Below, piece by piece: positions 10,482 through 23,853 of a DNA stretch of 64,000 nt. Numbering within the stretch: the first letter of the stretch is position 1; each line of letters begins with the position of its first letter. This stretch comes from Trichoplax adhaerens (taxonomy: Eukaryota > Animalia > Placozoa). Location of the stretch: the NCBI RefSeq assembly GCF_000150275.1, contig NW_002060947.1:5679184-5743183 (forward strand), written 5' to 3'. A program made the position numbers and the translations under genes. The notes beneath the pieces were generated by a model. The model saw only the letters and a program-made list of their open reading frames with translations. It had not been told where the DNA came from and did no database searches.

Positions 10482-13400
10482 ATGGAGAATAGCAATGGTG
10501 AGCTCGAGGTTGAGAACGTCAACGATCAAAACTATCAATGTAAAGAAGAAAAAATGGCCATTGTGCATGAAACACGATCTCACAACATCAACAAGACCAA
10601 TCAATTGGAGGATAAATGCCTGGATGGACCAAATTTTTCGCCCTCTATACCATTAATTTCTAGTAAAGATAACAGCAGGGACGATAACAATGTCAACGCT
10701 CGCAAATCTACCAAACGTTCAAGGAAAATAAACTCTGCCAATAGCGAACAAGGTAATTAATAAAAATTATTCCTTGCGTAAGGCGAAAAGAATTGCTTTG
10801 CAAGATATTTCTTGTTACAATGGTCAGATAGGTTACACAAGAATATTCATCGTATCGATACAATGATACCGTCGCTCAGTAATAGTTTTTTGACTACAAA
10901 TAGCTACTTATTATGCTTTATACGTAGCTTACATACTTTGCCTGCTTTTAATACTCAACATATTATGTATCACCAACTCGCAATATCAGTCAGAATCATG
11001 AATGTCTGTCTGATATACTTTGTCTTAGAATTACAGAATACGAGGATATCTTAATCATGAATTGCTAATGATGGTTTAATTGCCAATGTCAATTTAATAC
11101 ATGACCATCTAAGCGGTTACTTCTCCGCTATTCATAGTATTGGAATGAATAATAACGTGTGGTAGACGTCATCTTCTTGTTGAGCATATCTGACATGAAT
11201 CAAATGCATGATAACATGCTGTACATGATAATAGAAGATAAACGCAGTCCTGGTTATGCATCAATGATCGAAAACAATTTTAGCACTTCTTTTTTAAGCC
11301 TCGTGGGCTAATTTGACATTAACATCATCTGTTTATACAACAATTTCGTATTTTAGAAACAACGAATGGTGGTATTGAAGTGCGTCCCAAAAAAAGACAA
11401 TGGGAATCATGGGGTGTTGATGACAAGCGAATATTTTTTGAAGCCTTAAACGAGGTGTGAAAATATAAAGTATTACAAGCTGTTATAGTGAACGCCAATG
11501 CAATAGCATGATATCGTATGACGGTAATGTAGTGAACTAGGAGGACTTATTATCGTAACGTATAAGAATAATAATAACTGTAGATAACGTTGTCTCTCAG
11601 ATCTGAAACTGCAACACGATCACTTCCTGGAATAAAATAGTATAACTTCGTAATAATTTTCGTTAACAGAACAGCTAATAATTAAATATTGTTGATGTAC
11701 AGGAAAAGTTACATTGTGCTTTACTTAGTATCTACAGGAAGGCTAGTTAATAAATATTAGATTAATTGGAAAATGAATTAGTGTACTATCTTCAGTTGTA
11801 AAGTAGTATGGTGAAATTGATCGTCTATGTACATGCATTGTGTAAGAAAGTATCCTAATCATGTTTTGAAAAGTATACCTTTATTACGTAATAGTATGGT
11901 AAAGACTTTGATAAAATACAAAGCTACATCGCTACCAAATATCGCAGGCGAGGTGACCCTTCGGACTGGATCAAAAATAAAGATCAGGTACACAATTCTA
12001 TTGTATGCATCTAGGATTATAAAAATTTGGCCATGATTATCAGCGAACGTCTATCCTCAACTCCTTGCCGCTAAATGTAGTCTTTCCTAAATAGTTTAGG
12101 ATCATTTCGGGTTACTGTTCTGTCATGGCTAATTTCGTTCCTAATTACATTACAAAGTAAATTTAATAATTATGGCTAGATGACAACACTAATAGCTAAA
12201 AATTGTCCTTTGTATGTTGAAGGTTCGTCATTTCTATTATCGAACTTGGAATAAAATATCGAAATATTTGGATAGAAATAAAGGTAAGGAAGAGTAACCT
12301 TGTCATGTCAAAATTACTGTTATTCTTTGAATGGAATCTAAAAAATAGCGCCCATAAATTTATTTATTTATTAAGAGTACTAATGTGATACTTTCACGGA
12401 TGCGTAAATGTAATTACTATGCTGCCTGGACAAAATTAACGACTAAAGTTTTTGTTGCTGTTCTAGATATTTATATTAATGGCAAGAAAATTAATCAGGA
12501 ATTATGTGGCCTTATATGTTACGGGGAATTGAGAAAAAAAATTAAAGGTAAAAAATATTAATGGTATTGTTTTTAACGTAAGGTTTATTTGGGTTAGTAT
12601 TCTCTCGAATATTATTGTAATTTTTAATGCTTAGTTAAGAGCGATTTGTTATACTTCGAATAATTCTGTATATGGATTTATTGTACGTATTCTTTACTCA
12701 TTAGGCACTGCAGAAAAAGAAGTCAGGAAATTAAATGAGTTAATCACAAAGGGGTAATTAGTGCATGATGATAGCTGATGGATATTCGATGATCATTGCC
12801 TTGCATTCAAATTGTCTATTTATTTTTAGTGATGATCATGATACTAACTGTCTGTGCATTTATTCTAGTTCAACTTGTGTTCGCTACCAAGGGCGCAATG
12901 TCAAGTTAGTCGAGATAGTGCTAAATTTTCTTTCTAATAGTAATATTTCAGTTACTATACTTTTATGAATTCAGAAATGAATCTCCTATGCATTGTGGAC
13001 TAAGCTTATTATAAATTATCATAGCAATAAAATATAATCTGAACTTCCCAATGTAGGATCAAAGCTCCGTATAATCAAGCAATGAAGGTGTTAACAAAGG
13101 GGGACGGACATACTAATCGTATGTTGTTTGTTTATGCAAAATCACATTCTAAATGAATTATTGACTTGTACGATCTTGAAAATTATCCATTTTTTCAACC
13201 TATTAGATTCAGATAGCGCTATTAAATATCCCCACAAGTAGGTTCATGTCTTATGTATTTGTCTTATTCTAGATTTATGCTAAGTACGAAACTTATTATG
13301 ACACAACTGGTTATACTTTATATCTAGAATGCCAAAAAAGTTAATTGTAGAACTGGAACCGGCATCAAATTTTTCTTGGACTGTAGTGCAAACAATTTCA

Positions 13401-16400
13401 CAGAATCCTCGTCTTAGGTAATACACAATCAGCATAGTAATTATTATTATTCACTTGCAGACTTTATTTCAACTCATTTTCATTTTTCTCGTCTTTCTAG
13501 AGTTGTTTTACCTTCTAGAAAGTCAATGGCAAGTTTGATTGAATATCTGCAGCGAAAGTGGAAGCGTCATGAAGATTTTCATGTAAGCACTTACATTGTT
13601 AATTTGCACTAAGAAGAAAATGATTAATCTTGATAATCATTGCAAGATAAATTGACTTTTTGTGTAGGAAACATCCAGCACGTCACTAGATCTATCCATT
13701 CTAGCTGTAAGAAATTTAAATTCTGTGAATGCTGGCAATGATCAGTGTTCAGCTGTATCTCAGTGCAAAAGTAATGGAAACTACAAAATGGATGATCAAA
13801 AGAACGAATCATTAGATGGAGATCAACATTTAATGTTAGACACACCCAATGAGGATAATAATGAAGATAAACTATCTTCTGATATTGTCCAGGCCTCAAG
13901 TAAAGATGGTACGATGCAATCGAATAACAAACAATCAATTACTGAAAATACGAGGTAACAGTTGGTATTCAGTTAATCCATTTGTGCAGAAAGTAACTTA
14001 TTTATAACCTGAAAATTATAATTACTGGCCTTAGATAGCTGACAATGCATAATTATTAACTTTGTAATACAGCTATCAGAGTGAAAAAGAATCAATGGCT
14101 CAGTGGAACTTAAGCAATTGCAACGGCATATCTATCGGAGACATTTACTTGCAGGTACCTGATTCTACTAGTATTTGGAATGCGATTGTATCGTAACTAT
14201 TCTATATTACTTATTACTGTTGACATATACGCGTATGAATACCAATGCTCATATGCATTAATTGGACAATTTTTTTATTATCTTTCTACAGCTTGGTAGA
14301 CCTGAAAAACTACAAATGAAATACGTATGGACAGAAAATAGAAAAGATTCTGTTAGTAGAGCATTAAAGAGAATATACAGTATATTTGCATAGCGTTAAC
14401 ATTGCATGCCTATTCATCCAAAAAGGACTTTTTCCTAATAAGAACTACAATTGTTAAGTTAAATAAGGGCTAAACTCATGTGCGGTATTGGCATTTCAAT
14501 ACTTTCTTATCGCAGGATGGTACTAGTTCAGGCAGTAATGGTTTTAGCTTAGCTTTGAAAAGACTTGCTGAATTAGCTGATGCAGAATTTGCTTTCATTA
14601 AGCAGGTGATAGATAAACTATTAATACTAATTGAAGATGAAATGATTTCTTACAAAGTTGTATTCACTTTCTATACTTGATAGAATAATTCTAATTCTAA
14701 TAATCGAGGCGTTAATGGTTCTACATCGAATATGGTGAAGGAGCTTGAAAATTGTAAGAACACCACCAGACCAACTTCTAATCCTGTTTGTAACCCCAAT
14801 AAAAGAGTGCACATTGTAGCGGAAAGGTTAAACCGTTTAATATCAATCTCTATTTAATATGTAATTGTAGAAGTGATATTTATAGTGGATAATTTGATGT
14901 CATCTTAACTATAGTCAAGAAAAGCGTCCACTCACATCGCCTACAACTGCCATTGTTACTCAAGCAAATACGGTAAGAATTTGGTACAGCATTAGTTATC
15001 ACAGAAGGGCTATTAATTATTTTTTTATAAATAAAATATAACATATAATAGGTAACAACGATAGCATTACCCAAAGGCCGAAAATATAAGAACGTTACGA
15101 AAGGACGTCCCATAGTTCCACATGTAAAAGATACATTCTGAGCATATATATATATTTATGTATACATAATTCTTAACGTAAAAGAAAAAAGCCTATGATT
15201 TTTGTAAAATTGTTAAAGGGGATTTTTATTCTTTAGAGGAGAATTATCTTACCTCGTATCTCTAACCCACCTCCTGGTGCTGTTGCAGTTTCTGTATTTC
15301 CGGACATGTCACTTTCTAATTTACATCACACAGTCGAGAATGGCCAAAAAGATACTGAGCCGCTTCAGTTGCAAACTATCTCCATACCCGCAAATTTGAG
15401 CGTCTCATCAGGAAGTGTGATACCAACTCCAACTGCTAGTAAAAATGATGAACTATCATCTAATCAAATTGCAACTTTTAATAGTCCTTCAAGTGTTACA
15501 CCCCCTTCTGTACATGGTGATCCTGTTTTTGAGGATAGTACATGTAATAATATGGAAGTAGTCGTTAAATCATCCGAAAATGGCCAAACTAATAGTATTC
15601 TAGATATGGCTGTAGACAAAGCATTTTCCAAAGCTCTTAAGTCTTCGTTAGATTCTCGAATAAATGCCGATATCAGTGACAGGCTATCAGGTTCGTTTTG
15701 AGAATAGCTTTTATATTTCATTCTTGGAGTAATTTTTATGGAAAAGAATTACTAATATAAGCCTTGTATTAGGGGAAGAAGAATGCATAGAGGAATCAAC
15801 TGTTGATACTTGCGGAGAAACGGAAGATCTAAACACTGATTCGACTACAGCTGTAGGAGATTGGATTAGTAGTGAGGTATTCATTATTTAGTTTGTGTCA
15901 TTTCTAAATAAAGTAATGACTCTATTGACCAAAATCAACATCTTTGATTTAACATGCGATTTTATATACGTGTAGGCATTTGATATCTCTCTTGGTGATC
16001 TAATAGGTTTGTTGCATTTTCTGACATCACCTTATCTTAACCGTAATATGTTTTAGAATGGCGTTTTCCCTTGCATTTATAGGAACAGAAGGCAATGATG
16101 GAAGCGAATGTAGTGAATCGAAAATAGTAGACAGTCATCAATCTATAAATCAGATAAAAGATGTAAGTGGAGATTCTGAGTATTTGTGAAGCAAGTAAGA
16201 CACTAAAATTGGTTTACCTAATACGACAAATTAATTTTTGGTTAACTATTACATTAGTTGGTTGCGTTTTTATAAATTAGATTGGATGACTATCTATGAT
16301 ACCTAGTAAAGTTAATTTTTGATTTGATTTTTTAAGACCCATTCCGCAATGGAATCTATTCTTAATGAAGATAGCGTTGATTACGTTAAAAAATTTGCGA

Positions 16401-16474
16401 CTATGGCATCCCAAATGTTTGGTCGAAAAGAAGAAATTAATAGCACTGCTTTGAATTTTAAATCTGTGATATAG
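10482..16474 (+). CDS. CRAMP1: Protein cramped-like (SANT-domain chromatin regulator), multi-exon
   Basis: Spliced exons give RQWESWGVDDKRIFFEALNE|YGKDFDKIQSYIATKYRRRG...KNKDQ|VRHFYYRTWNKISKY, ELCGLICYGELRKK, MPKKLIVELEP...SQNPRLR|VVLPSRKSMASLIEYLQRKW and a C-terminal LNEDSVDYVKKFATMA. All resemble cramped/CRAMP1 blocks. The stop TAG is at 16472-16474. The start and some low-complexity internal exons are less certain. Confidence 0.9.
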
Positions 16475-18809
16475 TAGCGTATGAAATATATTTACAACTT
16501 CGGGAACGATTAGGCTACTTTGCCAAATATTCGCCGTTTTGATTTTTATTGAATATGTCAGTCATATACAATAACTGTAATTTAGAGTGAAACAGAAATG
16601 ATTCCTTGACGAGTTTGTCGTTAAGATTGTTTATGATTCCGTTATCACACAATGCCACTATAAATTTAATGTATACAAATTTTATCCCAGACAATGCTTG
16701 TCTATCAGCTGATACTTTCGTCGAATAGTAATATTTTCCAATGTGAAGTGTGAATAAACGTGATGCAATAATAGCCGTAACGTTCATATCCGGTAACTGA
16801 TATTATTATGAACGAATATAAGAAGATAAGAATTTAAAATATTTTGGATTTGGCATTCGTTTCGCTGTCATTTTGTCTAAGTTGTGCATGTTGTATTGCA
16901 TAGCTTGCAGTTTTGCGTCGTTTCGGATAGGATTATCTATGAGAGTGTATATATACTTGTATACTATATCGATGTTGTTGTTGATATTCGTATATTGATT
17001 AATTACGACTTTTGGAATTGGCGTTTGAGACTCGATCATATGTGTATGATAGTGTTAGGACGTAGAAAGCTAGACTTTGTTAAATACTGTACAGAGAAGT
17101 AAATTGAGCTAAACTTTGTTAAAATTTAAGAAATATATGCCACTGTATTATTCCTAAAAGTATAAGATACTAATGAATGGAAAATAACTGAACGATGTTA
17201 CAAATTGTAAAATTATGTGAATCAGTCTAATAATGAATATAAGTGACCGTTATGCAATGGAAAAGTAGGTAATGTTCTGGTGTGGTTTACATCCTTACTA
17301 TCGATCAATAGGCGTCTAATTTTAATAAAGGAATTGATGTAAAGTGCCACTTTTTAAGATTGGATTGTTATCATATGATTCATTTATTTATTTATTAACG
17401 TACGCGTATATTGGACTGCATTGAAATGTTATGTTAGGCTGTTTTTACTGTAATATGCGTGATCATTTATATGCATTAGTTCCATTTCATTTGACTGTCC
17501 CATTGATGTACAACGACGTGGTACAGTTACACCTGTCGAAGGTTTGTAGTCAACGAGTTGGAATTGGATGATAAAAGAATTGCGATATAGTATCATGCTT
17601 TCGTTAAACTACGGCTATCGCTTATTACTTGGCTAAAAGTTACAAATGAAAATCCCTGTCGGCTAGCTGCCTGTACTGTCTGGTAGACACTCGATGGCAT
17701 GCACTTCAAAAAGGAGGATTGGATAGAGCACTATAGTATCGTATAGTACAGCGCCGGGCTACGTTGCTCTAATCCATAATAAGACCAATAATATGACCTT
17801 TAAACTTTTTGCAAAGGTGGATATTTGACCTTTAGTATGTCGTATTATCAAGCTGCTAGTAAACGAATGTGAAAGAGCAGTCGATCATAAAGACAGCCAG
17901 CCTGCCAAGGCAGTTTAACACCTCAATGCAGACCAATACAGTATAGACGTCTGTACCGCGATGACAGCACCCAGGTTGCTTAGGTATACTGTTACTTTTG
18001 AATACGCCATTTTCTACCGTAGCCACTGGTCCTCGATGTCTATCACCATGGTGATGAGTGCCAGTAGCCCGGAACCAGTACGGTACCAGTACCAATCGTG
18101 CCCACTATGGAACACCACCCGTGACTGGGCCGTCAGTACCGTACGTCATACTACAGTACAGCCCGTGGGTCGTGGCTAGTCCGTGGCCTGCAGAAAGAAA
18201 AGTGATGCAAGACCAGTTGGACCACAAAGGTATCAAAAAAGGGAGGCAAAAAACTTGCAGTTGAGACTGGATCTGAGAACAATCATCGTGCCATCTACTG
18301 TAGTCCTCAAACACTGTACGGTGCCTAGTACAGCAAGAGCTGTGTTTTTTCCGCCACTGCGCCTGTTCCGTACCCGGCGTAGCGTACAGTACTGTATACT
18401 GTAGATACTGAGTGTAAAGTACTGTGCTCTACAGTACCGCCCTACTATACTGTATGCTGTATCGTACACCCTGTCGTGCACAGTGTATACCCTCTATCCT
18501 CGACCACATCACCTAGTGACCACTGACTGTGACCCTACAAAGGGAGACCCCATATTGCAAAGGCAGTACCGTACCGTACCGGATAGAATGGGCAGTGCGT
18601 CACGTTGAATTGAATTGATCCCCCCTCTAGGCCTGTAACTCCTTTATCTCCATGTGGCAACCGCTGTTTCATCCCTTTCTCCTCTTAGCGTGGAATACAC
18701 AGGAGCAAGAATCTTTCCTAGTTAGGTGAAAGTTTTCCTTGCGTTTTTTGAATCTCTTCTTCATTGACTAGTTTCCAAGTGGAATTATCAGTCGATAGAC
18801 CAAGACATT

Positions 18810-21800
18810 ATGGGTAAATCAAAGAAGGATGATCGTATGACCTTTGGCCAGAATTTCGTTTCTGGTGGCTTAGCTGGTGTTACATCTCGTACGATTACAT
18901 CGCCATTGGACGTAGTTAAAATTTTGGCTCAAGTCGGTACTAAGGAAACCAAAGCAGGTTTCTTGAAAACCTTCTCCAATGTCTACACCAACGAAGGTGT
19001 CCGTGCTTTCTGGAAGGGAAATGGTATCGCATGTATCCGTCTTTTCCCTTACAGTGCTGTCCAATTTGCTGCTTTTAACAAATTGAAGGTAATGATGGCC
19101 GATAAAGAGACTGGCAGACTGTCCGCTTTGAACGCTATGGCAGCTGGTTCAATGGGTGGTATTTCTGCTACTGTCATGACTTATCCAACCGATATGGTCA
19201 AGACCCGTTTAACTGCCCAGCACGCTAGCAAAGACAAGGCCCATTACAAGGGTATTTTCGATGCTTTCCGTGTCATTTTCAGAGATGAAGGCTTTCTCGC
19301 TTTCTATAAAGGAATGTCTACCTCAATCATTGGTAAGTTAGTCTTTGATAGCGGTTTTTCTACAAAATTAGCGGCGGCTGTTCACTCAACCGTCATACAG
19401 GATGCGATCAATGCCAAGAATGACATGACTTGCTGTCCCAATTGACTCCTAGTCTACCCGCCCGCCGTTTAATAGATAAATTCATGGAGTTGGGTATCCA
19501 ATTACGATTCAACTCAACTTCGTCAAAGATATCATCATATCTTCTATCTTTCACTCTTCATCGCCGCAAGGCCGACTGTAGAAAATATGCCCATGTTGTT
19601 CATTCACTTGTTACGATAGTAGTCTTCCATGTGGTAGCAAAGGGTCCATTTATATGGACTTGTACAGTTGTAAAATTTGCCGTTATTCATGGCTTACTCC
19701 ACAATGGACTTTTTTTTTGTTTTATAGCCGGACGGGCGTTGTTTCTATGCCTTGTATTATTTGCATGTGGCCCTTTCTGAATTAGTTGCTAGGAAAATAA
19801 GAATTTTCGGACCCTATAAAATTGTACATCCATCAGCAGATAGACATCCATGAACTATGTTACAGCTGTTATCCTTTCAACAACTGTCAATGGCTAGTGT
19901 CATGACTTGCTGTTACCTTGAGTGCAATACTCAAACGAATTGCAAGCGCTAAATGTTAGACTTTATCTTTAAGGCGTCGTTTAAAAAATTATTCCAAAAC
20001 TTCGTGTAGAGACTGTTACTGACGCAGTTTCAAACTGATAAGCGAGTATACTGTAGGATTCTAAATATTCTTTGATAAAGTGACTTTTTTCAACTTGTAT
20101 TTCGACTCCATTGAAAGAGTATCTCTATATTCGACTATGTCCACTAGAAGACCGACTAGAATATCAAACAGTTATTGTAATAGTAATAGTTAACTACTGC
20201 ACATAAAATTGCTTAATTATCGTTAATGTAATCATACAGATTTAGTAAGTCAATTTTATGGGTCCAAATTGAATCATAATTATTGATCCAAAATAATGGT
20301 TTTATTTTAATGACTGTTTGTGGAATGTACATATATGCCGCCAGTTGAATATGTACATTTTGTTACATTCAAAGTCTTGATGATGAAATGGATATGGTTT
20401 TAAATTAATGACCAATTATACTTGTGATTGCAGGTGTAATTCCTTTCGCTGGAGGTACTTTTATGGCATACGAAGTTTTAGATAAAGCATGGAACAAGCC
20501 GAAGTCTGAAATGACTCCTATGGAGAACTTTATCAATGGATGTTTGGCAGCTGCTTTCGCACAGGTAGGACGAATTTTAAGCAGCGTTGGTAAAGTTAGG
20601 CGTTGTTGACTTCAGTAATAAATATTATAACTTGTGATTACATAACTTTGGAACTTGATGTATAGACGTGTCAAGATATACGGTAGTTTGCTCTGTTGCG
20701 TTAGAGCTTGAGATGTACAAGCATCTGCCATTAGCTCTAATTCTGTAAGAACCGCATACTGCTATTATGAAGTATCTATTTGAATACGACATGTGGAATT
20801 ACTGCTGTGTATGTAATGCAACAGTCGTTAACATATGCCCTTTCATTCATCAATTTTTTTTCATACTAGTAGAATCATCATCAATCGAGATTAAGTCTTT
20901 TAGTTAACTTTATTTCGTTTAATAGGCTATAACCTCATAGTTGTGCAAACTATTATTAGTATCAAGCTATTAAATTACTCTTTAATTAATGATCGATTTG
21001 TCGTCTTTATACAATACTACGCATTGTCATAATAGTATTTATTGATTTTTTCCCGTGATCGAGTGCTCGCAGTATGCCGTACACTGCGTATGTTCTTACA
21101 GGTGACATGTGACACCTATGATTTATCGACAGCTGGTACTGCAATTTGTATCTTACATAACGGGAAAACCAGTTATCCATGTTATCAAATTCTATTAATA
21201 ATTATGTAACTCAAAGTTAGAATTGATAAATCCATTGATCGTGGCCTTTTTAATCATGTACGACATACCTTTGTATTTTTTTATAGACATTCTCTTTCCC
21301 ATTTGATACCATTCGTAAGAAGCTTCAGGTGATTATTGACTTGCATCTGTTCTTTACTGTATTATTATTATTATTTTAACGTTATGTTAATGGAAAATCA
21401 ATCTAAAAATATCTCGCATTGTAGGCTCAAAGTAAAGCTCTTGCTGGTGGCGGCGGCGTAGATGTCGAATTTACTGGCATGTCTGACGCTTTTATCCAAA
21501 CTGTCAGAAAGAACGGTCTTTTAGGATTATGGAGTGGTACTACTGCTAACTTGGCTAAGGTAATTTTTGATTCTTTTCAGGAATGATGTAAAATGTTTGA
21601 ATTAGTAAATCAAATTAAAAATCTTTCAACTACATAAATCGTTATTTGTCTTGTGTGTTAATTATCCATCTTCTACGGATGCGTCAATTGTTATGTAAAC
21701 ATATTCTTGATATTGTTCGATTTTTGCATTAATAAGACCACGTAATTTTTATTTGCTCATTAGGTCGCTCCGTATGCCGGTTTAATGTTCATGTCTTTTG

Positions 21801-21934
21801 AGGCTAGTAAGCGTATCTGCCTGTACTTAAACGGTTATACTACATCTCCTTGGAAAGACACCCCAGTTCCTGGTGTTGATCAGGGCATGAAGCCCCATGA
21901 ATTGAAAGAGTTTTTAGCAAAGCAAAATAAGTAA
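18810..21934 (+). CDS. SLC25A43: Mitochondrial carrier SLC25A43-like; exons 18810-19332, 20434-20564, 21287-21328, 21425-21559, 21764-21934
   Basis: Three Px(D/E)xx(K/R) carrier motifs (PLDVVK, PTDMVK, PFDTIR). It also has SLC25A43-typical segments DDRMT..LAQVG, WKGNGIACIRLFP, GGGVDVEF and KRICLYLNGY...PGVDQ. The introns are GT-AG and in phase. Confidence 0.9.
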
Positions 21935-23853
21935 TTTGTTACTAATTGCGAAAAGTGTATGCTTTTAAGATATTGTCAATGTTCTTTATCTTGGCATTCG
22001 TGTTACCATATTTGTATTAAAGCTAAGATGGTTTAATTAAATTGGCATTATCTGTCTATTAATTGGGCGTATAAGAAGGGCATGATGCGAGATAGTAATT
22101 AGCAGTGCATACAAGTTATTTTATTGTAAGTTGGCAATGGTATCCTTTGACTTTGCTTTGCCATTCTTATTAACTAAAACGGTTATGTTAAACTCGGATG
22201 AAATCCGTCTACCCGTCTATCTTGAAATTAATGAATTGAGCTAATTAAAATTACAGTACCTCAGAATTCAGACTTGTGTAATGTTACTCAGTAGTTGTAC
22301 AGTAAATTGTAGTAATACAGTATGTTAATTCTATGATAATTAATTAAGACGTGAAAATTTACGAATTGAACATCTTGCAGAAATCTTGAGTGCTGCATTG
22401 CAATGTGAATAGTAAACCAGTGGTGCACAGTATAGCTCGAATAAGATTTAACTTACTGTACTCATATTAAACGTTTATAGCGTTTAGTGCAGTTAAAACC
22501 GGTAACAAACGGGTAATTTGAGCTATAAGCTACACCCCCGTACTTGAAGCATACATTGAATCGTAGACCACTAGAAGAAAACTAGGTATTCTTCTAGTAA
22601 TGCATAATTGAAGGCAACAAATTTGCAAGGTACAGATCGTGCAATGGATCTCACATTCTCTTAAAATAGGGGGGATAACCTTGTCAGCTGTGGATTACAA
22701 TTACTGCTTTACTAATGGTTAAGAATATGAACATAGTGCACAGAATTTTAATAGCAATTTTAGATGGTGTGCACGTGTACGAAATGTTGTCTGATAGCAA
22801 GTAAATTATATACCAGATGACCATACAGTATTTGCCTTAATGAATAGATTTATGGCAGATTGATAACAGTATCGAAATATTCTTGCTATTTTATTGAATG
22901 TGTTACACGTAACTTACGACCTTAAAAGTTATTTACTGCTACTAATACTGATATAAATTGATACAGCTGCTATGTTTGCAATCTCTACAGTATGGACTAC
23001 AGTATACTATAAGCTGTTGATATAATCCAAGCCAGAAGGCGAGATACTGTATAAGGTGTTTGAGACAAGGTAAACTCGTGAATTTAAAGTGACATGTCTC
23101 AGAATTAGCGGCTTGTTGTCATTAGTAACCAGTAGTTCTGTACCAAAATTATAATTTTTGGATTAATAGCAGATAATGAATTACCTTCTGCGATTGAGAA
23201 AAGGCCCTTTTAGATCCTACCTCGTTGCCTACTCTATTATTGTACTAGTTTAAAGTATTATTTTTTAGATTTGTATAGCATTGATCGAGGACTAGTAATG
23301 ACAGGATAAGAAACTAAACACTACAAAACCTAGGCCAAGACCTACAAAGCATGCCAATTACAAGCGGTTAAATAATATTAATCTTTGGCCGTGTGGATTT
23401 TATATCTGAATAAATAAAAATTGGGAGGAGAGAATTAAGGAAATACGTTTAATATTTTTGTAGAACTTTGAAATTTGTATTGAGATGAAAAGAAGAGGAA
23501 AGACGATCGTTATATAGAATCAATTTAGTATCTACACTATAAGTCTTAACAGTTCCATATCCCTTGGCTGTCATTATAATAATCGTAACATTTACTTTAA
23601 CAGCTAAGGCGCATCAATCGCAAAGGTAGCGTGATTTAATAAGCAAAAACATAGCTATATATATAGCCCTGTATAGTCAATATTAACATTTGGTACAGTA
23701 CATATTTGTTGTATTTTTTCAGGAATTGAAAAAATTTGATTATTTTACGTGCTAAAAGGATGAAATTAAGGTAATAGTCCAATGATTAGCCACGGAAGAA
23801 TGATTATAATCTATCACTCTCTATAAATGTATCAAGCAGAAACTAACTAATCG